From Nemertoderma westbladi (Eukaryota > Animalia > Xenacoelomorpha): a DNA stretch of 64,000 nt. The notes beneath the pieces were generated by a model. The model ran no database searches. It was not told where the DNA came from and worked only from the letters and a program-made list of their open reading frames with translations. The stretch is from positions 7,266 through 71,265 of the forward strand of contig JAUCBJ010001095.1 of NCBI GenBank assembly GCA_032718475.1, read 5' to 3'. The first letter of the stretch is position 1, and each line of letters starts with the position of its first letter. This document shows positions 22,503-36,500 of this stretch, piece after piece. A program made the position numbers and the translations under genes.

Positions 22503-24777
22503 GGGTTGACTATTCAAATTCCGGACAAAATTTCATATTTTTTTTAATTTGGGACACTTTAAGTTGCTTTAATCCTTCATATTATGTTTGCATCTGTACA
22601 AGATGCTATTGTAGTTCACTATAAAACCAAATTGTTACCACTCAGTTCAACTGTTTAGTTGTAACTGGGTGGTTTTCATTTTATAAATTGACTGTCCGGA
22701 TATTTGACTACCTGGTAAAATACCGGACATGTATATAATTCCGGACAATGCCTTTTATTATTTGATGTGAGAGTTGATGTGAGGGTTGATATTAGGGCCT
22801 ATTTTAATAATTAAATTAAACTTTATTTCCATTAGTTTAGGTATCTGGGTGTATTACATAGGGCCTACAGCCATATTTTACTCCATGTACTCAGTTCTGA
22901 AGTTATGCAATGCTTATGTTTTGCATACCAACCCCAGATAGGGGGCCCATGTAAAGAATACCAGACTTTCTGCCGTTATATTTCACTTTGCAGTAACCCC
23001 CATGTGAAGAATACCAGGTTTTCACCAAAAACACAGATTACAGGAGGGCTGAATCTAACCAAAACAATAAACGAATTAGTATATGTACAGGGTAGGCTAT
23101 AAGACAGAAATAAGCGGTATAAAACACTTAATAAAGATATATTTAAAAAAAATAAAAAATCTTCATATATAAAATTCCAATAAAAAGTCGACCGAAAAGT
23201 TAAATCCTGGCGCCTGGTATTCTTCGCATGGGCGGGATAGGGGGTGGGGGGAATGAAATTGAATGAAATTGTCGAATGAAATTCGACAGAAATAACAGTT
23301 CGATTACTCCCATAAATAAAACTATAACCTGTTCTATTGTGTTCCATTTATTGTTTTGGTTAGAAATACGTGTCACTATAATCTGCTCATTCGAGTCATT
23401 TGACATTGCCCTAAATTGAGAATTTAACATTGAAGCGAAATATTCATTCACCAAGATGGGATTTGCGAAAAGTTAGCAGTTGCTGATAATTGAAACTATT
23501 ATAAATTAAACAAAGTTGTTCTAGAGTTACTACAGTCTGACAGTGCTATGGTTGTTGGCAGACATTACATGGATTGGAAATATCACCAGACGCATTCCTT
23601 TATGACGTGGATTAGTTGGTCTCGGTTTAGTCAGTCAGTGGCCAACCACAATCACCAATATATATCAGAGTCACTCAGTCACTACATATTTCTCAATGTT
23701 TGGATCAATTATCGATGGGGCTCCTCTCCCAAATTGTCTATTTGACGATTTATAGAATTTAACCTGTATCTCGCGGTTATAACCCAGCGTCATCGTAATA
23801 GGTACCGCCTATAATATATATGATACACCTACTGGAATATATATAATATATATATTTCTGTAGTTATGCCTAAAGCATTCAAGGGTCTGCTGGCTAGCTG
23901 GCTTATAAAAAGTACTGTTTAGACATATCACAAAAGATAGATAAGTAGGTTTGGGGAGCCTTTATTGGTAATAATAATAAGCAAACAATTTATGCAATAG
24001 GCAATCAACAGCTAGCAACTTTTGAAAATTTGGTGATGCTTGAATCTGTCTATGCAGTCCTGCAAAAGCGAAGGCGGCTCCGCCCTAGAGTCAAGCTAGG
24101 GGAGATTGATGGAACACCTCCAATTTTGTATAGAGTCTGATTAGAGATGTGTTCATTGTACTTGAAACAATGAACCCGGCGCAGCATTCTTGTGAAAGTA
24201 CCATCCAGATATTTGGTATCCTCAGCAGTTAGAGCTCAGCATGGACTCCCATAAGAGTAATGGCACTATTGCTGCTCTAAACAATCGAACCTTAAGGTTA
24301 TGTTTTATTCTATCAGTCTATGGGACTTCCAATTCATGGACAGACTATTTAACGCTGCGCCCATGCCTTCCCCTTACGTATCCGAAGGTCTTCACCTGAC
24401 TTTCTGATCCATGATCCCAAGTAACAGAAGTCATACACGTGCTCAAGAAGGTTCCGTTGCGTTTGTCCGTAGAGCTTGTGCCCTTACGATCAGACATTTC
24501 TTGAGGGCTGTCTAGGTTGACTGTGATTATTTTGGTCTTCTTGGAATTTACAAAAAGACCAGACACTAGAAGCAACCTGCTCCAATTGGCAGAGAAGCCT
24601 TTGGGCTCCCTCTAGTGATTCTGACAGTACCTCTAAGTCATCAGTGATCAAAGTCTATAGGCTATTGTACAAAGTCAGATATTAATTCTATAGTTTGTAC
24701 CAATGAAATTTAAATTTGTCCGTAATTTGACCATGGTGTCCGGAATTTGATTTGTCCGGAATTTGAAGAGTTAACCC
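22503..24777. mobile_element. Non-autonomous DNA transposon with 27-bp TIRs at a TA site
   Basis: GGGTTGACTATTCAAATTCCGGACAAA versus TTTGTCCGGAATTTGAAGAGTTAACCC (2 mismatches); subterminal CCGGACA repeats; empty site in the paralogue near 25307. Confidence 0.85.
24040..24650 (-). pseudogene. Decayed RTE-clade LINE fragment nested in the TIR element
   Basis: Minus-strand remnants GLFVNSKKTK, LKVRLFRAAI, LDGTFTRMLR, RLRF.AG. Confidence 0.7.
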
Positions 24778-25796
24778 TATATAATTAATCAATTTTTAAT
24801 AATAGTTTTTTTTAGTAAATTATGTAATTTTTAATTAATCGATCATTTTTTAGTACGTTTTTTAAGTCAAATTATTAAGCAATTATTATATTACAGTATT
24901 ACAGTGCATATTTTTTAGGAATTGTGACATTTTGTACAATAATAAATCAATTTGCAGTTTGTGCCATTTATTAATACATAGTTAATTAGCAGTTTTAGTT
25001 AATTAGGTAATTATATGCAATATTACAGTGCAATGTATGCAAAGCAGGTATTGTTATTTACTACTGTACTATTACAATTGGCATTTCGAAAAAAGCCATA
25101 AACCCTCATCAACTCATGTGGAGTTGCACACGCATCAGATGCGGAAGCGGCAATCTCTCTGCCCGCCCTGACGATGAATATTTTTGATGATATATTTTTA
25201 AATAATATAACTTACAATACAATTATGTTGTGAATTACTTTACAGTAATTTGTTGCTGTGTTGTGGCATTTTATATTAGGTCAGTAAGTATTATTCATGT
25301 AATCAATAATTAATAAATTTTTAATAATAGTTTTTTTTAGTTAATTATGTAATTTATAAGGCCTACTAAGTAATTTTTATCGATCATTTTTTAGTACAAT
25401 TTTTTTAGTACACCTCAAATTATTATTCAGTTATTAAGTAATTATTATATTACAGTGCATATTTTTAGGAATTGTGGCATTTTGTACAATAATAAATCAA
25501 TTTGCAGTTTGTGCCATTTATTAATACATAGTTAATTAGCAGTTGTAGTTAATTGGGTAATTATTTGCAATATTTCATGCTAATCAAGTATTGTTATCAT
25601 TACTACAGTACTACTATTAATAAATAAATAAAACGTTAATAAATAAACTTACAAATAATTAGATTCCTTAATAAGGTCATATAGACGGATAGAGGAATCA
25701 ACAAACAACAAACTTTGAATATGAGTGGTTTGCTATGGACGTAGCTGAATCAACAAACTTTTGAAAAAAGTATAAGTGGTTCGCCATGGGCATAGG

Positions 25797-27710
25797 CAGT
25801 CGGTGAGAAGTCAAAAATTGGACTTAAGTCCAAAATTGGACTTCGACTCCATTTCAAGTCCAAAATTGGACTTCTGTGAGTCCAATATTGGACTTCAAAT
25901 CAGCCAATTGTTCCAGGGCCTTGGGTAATTGGATCGGGCGGGATTTTTTTTTATTAATCGAAAATATATCAAAAAATAAGAGTTTTGAACAGGGGGACCT
26001 GAAATTCACCAGGGGGAACTTTTTTTATAAGGCTTTGAATTTTTACAAAAGTCCAATATTGGACTTTAAGTCTAATTTTGGACGTGACATTGAGAATCAA
26101 ACTTAAAGGTACATGAAGCATGACAGATGAGAGACAGCCAGACAGCTATTAAGTTATGGAAAGTTACCTTTGCAGCTCTATATGTATCTTCAGTGTACTG
26201 TACTTAGAATATAGGCTAAATGGTACATTCTAGCATTCTAGGTACTGCTACTTTGTACTTTAATTTTAGCGTATTGTTTACATTCATGTTATGTCTAACC
26301 TTACAGCCTTATGTACCCAGGGCCAGGATTTTAGAGCAGTAGAGTCTTTATGACTAGATTAGATTATGCTCCAACAAATATTTAATTACAAATTATATTT
26401 GGTGGAAACTGGTAGCAATGCCAGGTTTGCCAACTGCAGCTGCTGCTAAGGCTAACTACAGTACAAGCTACGATTTCGTCTAAGCCTATGGGAGCCCAAT
26501 CAGAAAGAAATACTACAAGTTGATACTACCACCATCTCTTATAATTTTTCCATACAACAGGCAGACAGGAAGGGTGTTTTAAAACAGCTGTATAATGAAA
26601 GGGGATTAGTAACTGATTAACGTGTTGGGGTCTCCACATAATAAGTACAGAAGTAAGAAGTAACACACGTCATAATTATAAACCAATTGGGGAAAGGAAC
26701 AGGTTACAGAGGCAGGCTTTTCTAACTAAAACAATAAACGGCCACTTTTGACTTTACCAATTGAAGGAGCCTTATCACCTCACCACATACTACTACTCTG
26801 CTACTACCTGTACTACAATCGGCATGCTGCATTACAGCTGCATTATATATATAGACCCTATTACTGTATTAAGAATGCTGTGCCGGCTTGTTGACAAAAG
26901 TGCGCCTCCACAACTCCCTTACACTCTTACAGCCTTATCACCCATGACATTTGCTAGATCATCCGCATTTTCAAGGCCAGTTGCCAGTGTCCTTTAAGAC
27001 AGTAAGAAAGATGCGTCTCAAGAAAGTCATGGGCTGTCCACCATGCTTATTCACTCCTTGAGGTGCACTGGCTGGTCCTCACGGCTTAAAAGCGATGTCC
27101 TGCAAAGCGGAGGCGACTTTGTTCTAGTGTCAAGCTTGGGGGAACCAATGACTGAATGAGACACCTCCAACCACAATGTTATATAGTGTCTGGTTGGAGA
27201 TGCAGAGATGTGCTGTGTATATTGTACTTGACACAGTGAACCTAATCAAAACAATTAGTCAATAAACATTAACTCAATTACATAATAGGTTACAGTTTTC
27301 AGTAGTCTTATTTTTGCCATACGAAAATACCACAGGTATGGGTATGAATGAACTATAAAGCTATAACTCAACTACTGCTACTGCGGTATACACCGCTAAG
27401 GCAGTAAGGCTACCGCAAAGCCATACCACTACCGCAAAAAGTAACTACTGATGTCTGACTGTACGTGTGCGATCCCTGCTTATAATACTTATAATAATTA
27501 ATTTGATCATTAAAATGATGTTGCATTGTAATTATGTAATATATATGTACTGATACGGGATGCAGTTTTGATTTAAATACCGATATACAGTATGGCAGCA
27601 TGGGTACACTTGGAGTTGTACTAAAGTCCAATATTGGACTTTGGAGTCAAAAATTGGACTTGAAGTCTAAAATTGGACTTGAAGTCCAATTTTTGACTTC
27701 TCACCGACTG
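25797..27710. mobile_element. Non-autonomous DNA transposon, 29-bp perfect TIRs, 5-bp TSD (hAT5-like)
   Basis: CAGTCGGTGAGAAGTCAAAAATTGGACTT at both ends inverted; ATAGG at 25792-25796 and 27711-27715; many subterminal AAGTCCAAWATTGGACTT palindromes. Confidence 0.9.
26920..27242 (-). mobile_element. RTE-LINE 3'-derived interspersed repeat, copy 2
   Basis: RLRFAGH and LKDTG..LENADDLANVMGD remnants; aligns with 3903-4060. Confidence 0.6.
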
Positions 27711-28734
27711 ATAGGGAAATCATCAAAGTTTGAAAAAAAAGTATACCGGTAAGTGGTTCGCCACGGGCAGACGCAGAGACGGGCATAGGGGAATCAGGAA
27801 TCGATCAAAAAATTTCTTACCACTGTGCCTTAAATATGCAAATGTGCTATTACCCCGAGTTTATGTTGAGCACTGAAAAGTAATCTGTCTGACTGTGACT
27901 GTAACATGACTGACTCTGACTGTGTGTAAAGGCAGAAAGGCCTTATGCTGCTACCGGTATGCCCTTGCCCTAACAATAAAACCAATATAATTCTGCAATT
28001 GTATAGGCCTACCGCGCATGTAGGCCAGTAGGCCTACTGATGTATCCAATCCATGTACAGATGTATGGCACTTCGACACAAGTGCAAGTCACTTCGACAC
28101 AGAAATTGCAGAATTGTGTAATGAACGACAGGTCACTCTACAGCTCTAACAGTCTAAAGTGTACCGGTAACCAGGCACCAGGTGACGTGTAGAAGTAAGC
28201 CAAAAGCAATTTCGCTACAGATTTTTAGTCATTTCGTCACAACTTAAAAGCACAATTAAAAGCATCTGCATCTGAGCATTGCACATTCAGACATTGTTCT
28301 GTCTGTGGTCTGTCTGTTGTTCATGTTCTGCTCATGTTGTCAATTTACATGCAGACATGCCATGCTCATGGCAGCATGGTCTGTGATATGATTATCATAC
28401 CAGACTATGATGTTTAATACCAGTTCCAGTTGCCAGTTACCTACCGTACTACTGTACTACCGGTACTACACTCTGACACTGCTGCACTGCAAGTTATAAC
28501 GTTTAGTAGGCCTACCAGCCTACTGTCTGACTGTGGACTGTACCAGGTCTAACGCAGTACGCAGTAAACATGTAATGCATTGTTGCCCAGCTACGTATTT
28601 GGATAAACAAAATATTCCAGATTATGATGCATTTATTAAATAGAATATAATAGCCTCGCGCAGGTGCAAAACCATGCCTGCATGGGTGCATGCAACATTT
28701 GAACGCCCGTAACTCAGGGTAAATCTTTTCGACC

Positions 28735-28895
28735 TACGCGTAGGCCTACGCGTATAGCTATACGCGTATTTCGCAACATTGGGTCATATCACCAGTTTCA
28801 GAGTTTTAACATTAACTACGCGTAGGTGCTACGCGTAGGTCCTATACGCGACCTACGCGTAAGTGCTACGTACTGTATAACTACGCGTAGGTGCT
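28735..28895. repeat. Cluster of TACGCGTA palindromes
   Basis: About seven TACGCGTA copies in 160 bp. Confidence 0.7.
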
Positions 28896-29826
28896 ACCCA
28901 TAACTATGCCTATACGACGTTTATCATTAGTAGGCCTACACGTATTCCAAGCGGTTCAGTACTAAAATAAGACAATACTGTATGTTCAACAAACAACCCA
29001 CAGCAATCAAATGCTTTCAACAGTAATTTATCCTATACCTGTATACTCCTATAGTCTATATAGAGGCATACGCTAAGGCTACATATTCTTCTCTTCATGC
29101 GTTACGGGCGCTAAAATGTGTTAATAATTTAACACTATTTATTCTCCGCTGTAGCAGGAGAATTTGCCCCCTGTGGTGTCTCCACGGGCATAATCTCCTA
29201 GGAGATTATGTCCACCCGGTCTCACTCCTAGGATATCCCCCCCCCCCCCCCTCCGCCCCCCAGACATAATCTCTTTAGTAGAATTTACGCCTCCCCTAAG
29301 GATCCCCCCCCCCCCCCCCCCCCATTTTCCAGCACACTACTCTGCCAGCGGACTATTCCAGTATTCGCCTATTGCAGTATTCTAGTATTGCAGTATTGGC
29401 TATGGCTATGCTCTTTGGAGTGATTCCATTCAAATTCGACAAATCTCGGTGGCACTCATTTTTTTAAAATGATTCGATCTTTACCAATTTTATTATTATG
29501 TTAAGTTATTGTTTAGCTATTATTAAGTTATGTTGAAAATTTCAACAAATTTGGTTCATTAGAACCGAAGTTATGGCCATTTTAAATTTCGTGTTTAATA
29601 AAATTCAATATTTTCAAAAATAAAACTTAATGTAACTTTGGTGTACATAGTCCCCAGGATTTCAAACACATATCAAATTATAATATATGAGTGTTACTGT
29701 TTGCTACTGAAAGCCCGAAGAACAACAATTTTTAAAACCAACTTTATTTTTTACTTTAATTTGGTCATATTTTATATTTTCCAATAATATACCCCAATTT
29801 AATAGTTAATTTTATTCACTTCAGAA

Positions 29827-31150
29827 TTAAAGACGGCGTCGAGACGCCGTGAAGGAACCGAAGTTAAACCAAACCGAAACAAATATTTTTACAGGCCATA
29901 AGCCGCTAACTATTTTTTTCAGGATATCATCTAACTCTAAACCAGTTTCGAATCTGAGCGCCTGGTTACAAATCTGTATTTCCGCATTACGAATCAATGT
30001 GTTTGGTTAAAAATATGAGCACCTTGTCACGAATTGATGTCCCTGGTTACAATTTGTTACAAATGGTTGCAAATATGAGCACCCAGTATCAGTCAGCACT
30101 ACCTATACTAATACTGTAATTTGCACGTATGTTCAGCATTTATAATAAAAAATTGCACCAAGGTAGTGAACAAAGGAGACAGGGGTGGAAGTGGACGCAA
30201 AACCCACCTTGGCGAATTAATATCCCGCCTCAATGTTAAATTCTCAATTTAGGGAAAAGAATCTCATATCTCATAATCTGTTCCTAATAGTATAGTTTAC
30301 CAAAAGTACCCTACAGTTAGGTTCATATATGGCGAGTCAGAACTGCGAATAACCAGCGAACTTAGGTGTAGGTTTCAGTGTATGTGTGTGTCGGAAGCCA
30401 ATATCAGAATATATAACTAGTCATAGTATAATTATAATTGTTCGCTGAGAGAGTTAGGCCTCACTCGTGTACACTACTCTATAACTAAAAAGTCATTCAG
30501 GTGGCCAGCTTTCCCCACTCTGTATTCCCTCTGGTTTGACAGATTAATATAATTAATGTTTGCCAAGCAAGTCATTAACTCACCTCCCTCTCGGATTTTT
30601 AAATACATCAATTATTATTTTATTATTAGCTGAGTATAGTACCATTAACGGTAACCAGCACTATGTGTGTAACTAAAATTCATTCCGCTGACCCACAACC
30701 CACCACCACCTTGTAGATATTCCCTTAGGAAGCACGGGGAAGAGTTATTCAGCTGATGGATGATAATAGTATATTAAAAACTAACCAAAATGTTTGCTTA
30801 TAGTCTGGGTTGAAAGAGTGAGTGATTAAATAAAAACTTGGCACAGAAAGTACATCCTTGTTAGTTGGCCCTTTCTCTATTGAATAGAATCACTAGGCCC
30901 TCTATACATTTTTCATGCGCTCCAGCTGGTGTTTTATCATTGCGCCTATGGCGTTTTTTCGTTTATGACTATTTTTCGAGCCCACATTCTATGGACAGAC
31001 ATGGGACCAGCGGGAAACGATAGTGGTCATCAAAACATTGCGTTATGCAAAATTTTAACAAAATCGTTAGAGCCGTTTTTATGTTATTTCGCTTCAAAAT
31101 ATTACTACTATTACATCAAATTCTTACAGAAAGTAACCTTCGGTTCCTAA
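29827..31150 (-). mobile_element. HINE unit C (A-like subTIR, B-like stem-loop)
   Basis: ACGGCGTCGAGACGCCGT-GAAGGAACCGAAG ... CTTCGGTTCCTAA. Confidence 0.75.
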
Positions 31151-32624
31151 CTAGTGACGGGCCTAGCGGCCCGATAAGGAACCGACTTTTTATTTTAAAT
31201 AAAAGAGACAACGAGAATTAGTATAGAACTAATAATTATGTAAAAATACAATCATATTTCATACAATAATTATTAATAAATTCGATCTATTATTAGTTGC
31301 TCAATTCTAGAACAAAATCGACCTGCAACTAGTGAAGACCTCGTTTTGGAATTTCGAAACCACGCTGGTGCGATGCGCGATATCGTGTTTAGTTAATAAA
31401 TTGAAAACTCCATCAATTCATGTGCAACCAGTAATAAGAAATCGCGATAAATGTAATTAAATAAAAATTATTCTAGAAAAATTTTCCTCAAAAAGTATGA
31501 AGTCTTGGCATTGGTGACGCGAAACTAAGCTAGTGAGATTCAGGATATTGCGTTTAATATAAAAATCGAAAACGCTATCGAATTCCGTAAAGGCGTTAAT
31601 AAAATACTGCAACTTTTTTGAAATTTGTAAAATTCTAGAACTAGAAAAAATTAATTTTTGAACGGCGCTGTTTGGGGTTTCGAAACATGGATAGGCTGAA
31701 AGAGGACATCGAATTAAGTTGAAAAATGAAAACCCCATCGAATTTGGACAAAGCGTTCCGGAGTTATAGCGGATCGAAAAAAATTGACCCCCCCCCAGTC
31801 GCCAAAAATTTACAGTAATTTAAAATTTTGCAAAAAAATTTTTTTGCGTTATTTTTGATGGCGAATCGATTGGCAGTACTGGCTACGAAAAAATTTTTTT
31901 GAAATTTTTGGTCAGAAAAAAAAACATGGAAAAAGTATCTTTTTAAAAAGATTTGATGTCTTTGCCTATGGTCAGAGAATGATCCAACTCTGTAACTTGG
32001 CAATCGCTCAAATCCATTCAGCTGAATGGCACAGTAGAGTAAACTAAAGTAAATTCCCTATACAATGTTCTGAAGGGGAGCTACTGACAGAGAGTAATCC
32101 AACAATAAAACATTTTGCAATAATGTTGGCATTAATGTAGCCAACACACTGTGTACTTAAGTCATTCAGCTTACATTAGCAGAGTGAGATATTCGCATAG
32201 AATGCATTGGGAAGAGTAATTCAGCTGAGGCGATAAACTAAACCAACCAGTTAATATTTGCTTTGACAGAGTGTCCTAGGGCCTAAACAAACAGTATGGG
32301 TGTACTGAGTATAATAATCTTGGCAACCTCATCGATTTATTACTAAGCCTTCTGTAGAAATGCATTACATAAGCCATTTTTCATGAGGACACCAGCTGTC
32401 ATTGGTGTTATTTTACCATTGCGCCTATGGCGTTTTTTCGTTTATGTCTATTTTTCGAGCCCACGGCTCATGGACGAAATAGCGGAACATATCAGGGACC
32501 TTAGAATCGCGGTATCTAGCCGCTGTGAAAATTTCATCAAAATCGTTAGAGTAGTTTTGGTTGTAGATCAGCCAGCCAGTCAGTCACGAGCAATTCTTAC
32601 AGTAATGAACCTCTCGGTTCCTAA
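31151..32624 (-). mobile_element. HINE unit A1
   Basis: CTAGTGACGGGCCTAGCGGCCCGATAAGGAACCGA ... TCGGTTCCTAA. Confidence 0.85.
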
Positions 32625-33558
32625 CTAGTGACGGCGTCAAGACGCCGTTAAGCAAGTCGGAAGTCGTCAATCAAAGGTAAGTTCCCTCAACAATGTTTAC
32701 CTTTGTTCAGAAGGGAAGTGTTATTTATCTATGGTCAGAGAGAGATCCCACTCTGTAATTTGGCAATTGCTCAAATCCATTCAGCTGAATGACTCAGTAG
32801 AGTAAACTAAAGTAAATTCCCTCAGCCTCAACAATGTTTGCCTATGGTGTGAAGGGAATCTGACAGAGAATAATCTTAGCCACTAAATGTCATTCACCTA
32901 ACAAAACATTTTGAATGCCACAATGATTAACCCAATACAGATAATAAGCAGTTATTTTTATATTTCAAACTATAATGTTAGTGTAAGCCTTACAGAGTAT
33001 CAGTATGAGGCTGAGTAAACATTCCGCCTTATAAGCATAAAGCCTCCACAGTATTAATGTTGGCCAAAAGATTTAAAAATAAAATACAGTGCAATAGTAC
33101 TCTGTAACCTACAGTCATTCAGCTTGCACTAAATCAACCAGACAAACTAAATCAACCAGTTAATATTTGCTTTGACAGAGAGTGCAGGGCCTAAACAAAC
33201 AGTATGGGTGTACTAAGTACAATAATCTTGGCAACCTCATCGATTTATACTAAGCCATGTGTAGAAATGCATTACATAAGCCATTTTTCATCAGGACACC
33301 AGCTGTCATTGGTGTTATTTTACCATTGCGCCTATGGCGTTTTTTCGTTTATCTCTATTTTTCGAGCCCAGAGGCTATGGACGGAGTAGCCGATCATACC
33401 AGGGACCTTAGAATCGTGGTATCTAGTCGCTGTGAAAATTTCATCAAATTCGTTAGAGCAGTTTTGGCTGTAGATCAGTCAGTCAGCCAGCCAGTCAGCC
33501 AGCCAGTCAGCCAGTCAGTCAACAATTCTTACAGTAATCAAGTCTAACGACTTGCTAA
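32625..33558 (-). mobile_element. HINE unit B1
   Basis: CTAGTGACGGCGTCAAGACGCCGTTAAGCAAGTCG ... CGACTTGCTAA. Confidence 0.85.
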
Positions 33559-36500
33559 CTAGTGACGGGCCTAGCGGCCCGATAAGGAACCGACTTTTTA
33601 TTTTAATTAAAAGAGACAACGAGAATTAGTATAGAACTAATAATTATGTAAAAATACAATCATATTTCATACAATAATTATTAATAAATTTGATCTATTA
33701 CTAGAGACGGCGTCAAGACGCCGTTAAGCAAGTCGGAAGTCGTCAATCAAAGGTAAGTTCCCTCAACAATGTTTACCTTTGTTCAGAAGGGAAGTGTTAT
33801 TTATCTATGGTCAGAGAGAGATCCCACTCTGTAATTTGGCAATTGCTCAAATCCATTCAGCTGAATGACTCAGTAGAGTAAACTAAAGTAAATTCCCTCA
33901 GCCTCAACAATGTTTGCCTATGGTGTGAAGGGAATCTGACAGAGAATAATCTTAGCCACTAAATGTCATTCACCTAACAAAGCATTTTGAATGCCACAGT
34001 GATTAACCCAATACAGATAATAAGCAGTTATTTTTATATTTCAAACTATAATGTTAGTGTAAGCCTTACAGAGTATCAGTATGAGGCTGAGTAAACATTC
34101 CGCCTTATAAGCATACAGCCTCCACAGTATTAATGTTGGCCAAAAGATTTAAAAATAAAATACAGTGCAATAGTACTCTGTAACCTACAGTCATTCAGCT
34201 TGCACTAAATATCAATCACCTATAAAACATTTAAACATTTTGAATGCCACAGTGTGTAACCTGATACAGATAATAAGCAGTGATTTTTATGTTTTAAACT
34301 ATAACGTTAGTGTTAGCCTTACAGTGTATCAGTATGAAGCTGAGTAAACATTCGCCTTATAAGCATACAACCTCCAAAGTATTAATGTTGGCCGAAAGAT
34401 TTAAAAATAAAATACAGTGCAGTAGTACTCTGTAACTAACAGTCATTCAGCTTGCACTACATGTCAATCACCTATAAAACATTTTGAATGCCACAGTGAT
34501 TATTAACCCAATACAGATAATAAGAAGTGATTTTTATATTTCAAACTATAATGTTAGTCTTAGCCTTACAGAGTATCAGTATAAGGCTGAGTAAACATTC
34601 CACCTTATAAGCATACAGCCTCCACAGTATTAATGTTGGCATAATGTAGCCGATACACTGTATACCTAATAGTCATTCAGCAGGGGGAAGAGTTATTCAG
34701 CTGAGGCGGTAATAGATTGCAAACTAAACCAACCAGTTGGCAGCCTCATCGATTTATACTAAGCCTGTGTAGAACCACAAACTAAATCAACCAGTTAATA
34801 TTTGCTTTGACAGAGAGTGCAGGGCCTAAACAAATAGTATGGGTGTACTAAGTACAATAATCTTGGCAACCTCATCGATTTATACTAAGCCTTGTGTAGA
34901 AATGCATTACATAAGCCATTTTTCATCACGGCACCAGCTGTCATTGGTGTTATTTTACCATTGCGCCAATGGCGTTTTTTCGTTTATGTCTATTTTTCGA
35001 GCCCACGGCTCATGGACGAAATAGCGGAACATACATGAGACCTTAGAATCGCGGTATCCAGCCGCTGTGAAAATTTCATCAAAATCGTTGAGAGTAGTTT
35101 TGGCTGTAGATCAGCCAGCCAGTCAGCCAGCCAGTCAGCCAGCCAGCCAGTCAATCAGCTAACAATTCTTACAGTAATCAAGTCTAACGACTTGCTAATT
35201 AGTTGCTCAATTCTAGAACAAAATCGACCTGCAACTAGTGAAGACCTCGTTTTGGAATTTCGAAACCACGCTGGTGCGATGCGCGATATCGTGTTCGGTT
35301 AATAAATTGAAAACTCCATCAGTTCATCTGCAACCAGTAATAAGAAATCGCGATAAATGTAATTAAATAAAAATTAATCTAGAAAAATTTTCCTCAAAAA
35401 GTATGAAGTCTTGGCATTGGTGACGCGAAACTAGGCTATTGAGATTCAGGATATTGCGTTTAATATAAAAATCGAAAACGCTATCGAATTCCGTAAAGGC
35501 GTTAATAAAATACTGCAACTTTTTTGAAATTTGTAAAATTCTAGAACTAGAAAAAATTAATTTTTGAACGGCGCTGTTTGGGGTTTCGAAACATGGATAG
35601 GCTGAAAGAGGACATCGAATTAAGTTGAAAAATGAAAACCCCATCGAATTTGGACAAAGCGTTCCGGAGTTATAGCGGATCGAAAAAAATTGACCCCCCC
35701 CCCAGTCGCCAAAAATTTACAGTAATTTAAAATTTTGCAAAAAAAATTTTTTGCGTTATTTTTGATGGCGAATCGATTGGCAGTACTGGCTACAAAAATT
35801 TTTTTTTTGAAATTTTAGGTCAGAAAAAAAAACATGGAAAAAGTATATTTTTAAAAAGATTTCATGTCTTTGCATATGGTCAGAGAATGATCCAACTCTG
35901 TAACTTGGCAATCGCTCAAATCCATTCAGCTGAATGGCACAGTAGAGTAAACTAAAGTAAATTCCCAATACAATGTTCTGAAGGGGAGACTGACAGAGAG
36001 TAATCCAACCATAAAACACTTTGCAATAATGTTGGCATTAATGTAGCCAAGAAGTGATTTTTATATTTCAAACTATAATGTTAGTCTTAGCCTTACAGAG
36101 TATCAGTATAAGGCTGAGTAAACATTCCACCTTATAAGCATACAGCCTCCACAGTATTAATGTTGGCATTAATGTAGCCGATACACTGTATACCTAATAG
36201 TCATTCAGCAGGGGGAAGAGTTATTCAGCTGAGGCGGTAATAGATTGCAAACTAAACCAACCAGTTGGCAGCCTCATCGATTTATACTAAGCCTGTGTAG
36301 AACCACAAACTAAATCAACCAGTTAATATTTGCTTTGACAGAGAGTGCAGGGCCTAAACAAACAGTATGGGTGTACTAAGTACAATAATCTTGGCAACCT
36401 CATCGATTTATACTAAGCCTTGTGTAGAAATCCATTACATAAGCCATTTTTCATCACGACACCAGCTGTTATTGGTGTTATTTTACCATTGCGCCTATGG

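Larger units (their letters stand above)
22402..25615. repeat. Two direct copies of a ~400-bp AT-rich repeat, the first split by a transposon
   Basis: 22402-22500 plus 24781-25075 aligns with uninterrupted 25197-25615. Confidence 0.75.

Noticed and set aside
29414-29826. Sola2-like end GAGTGATTCCA possibly hosting the array
   Set aside because: No partner TIR seen in the window.
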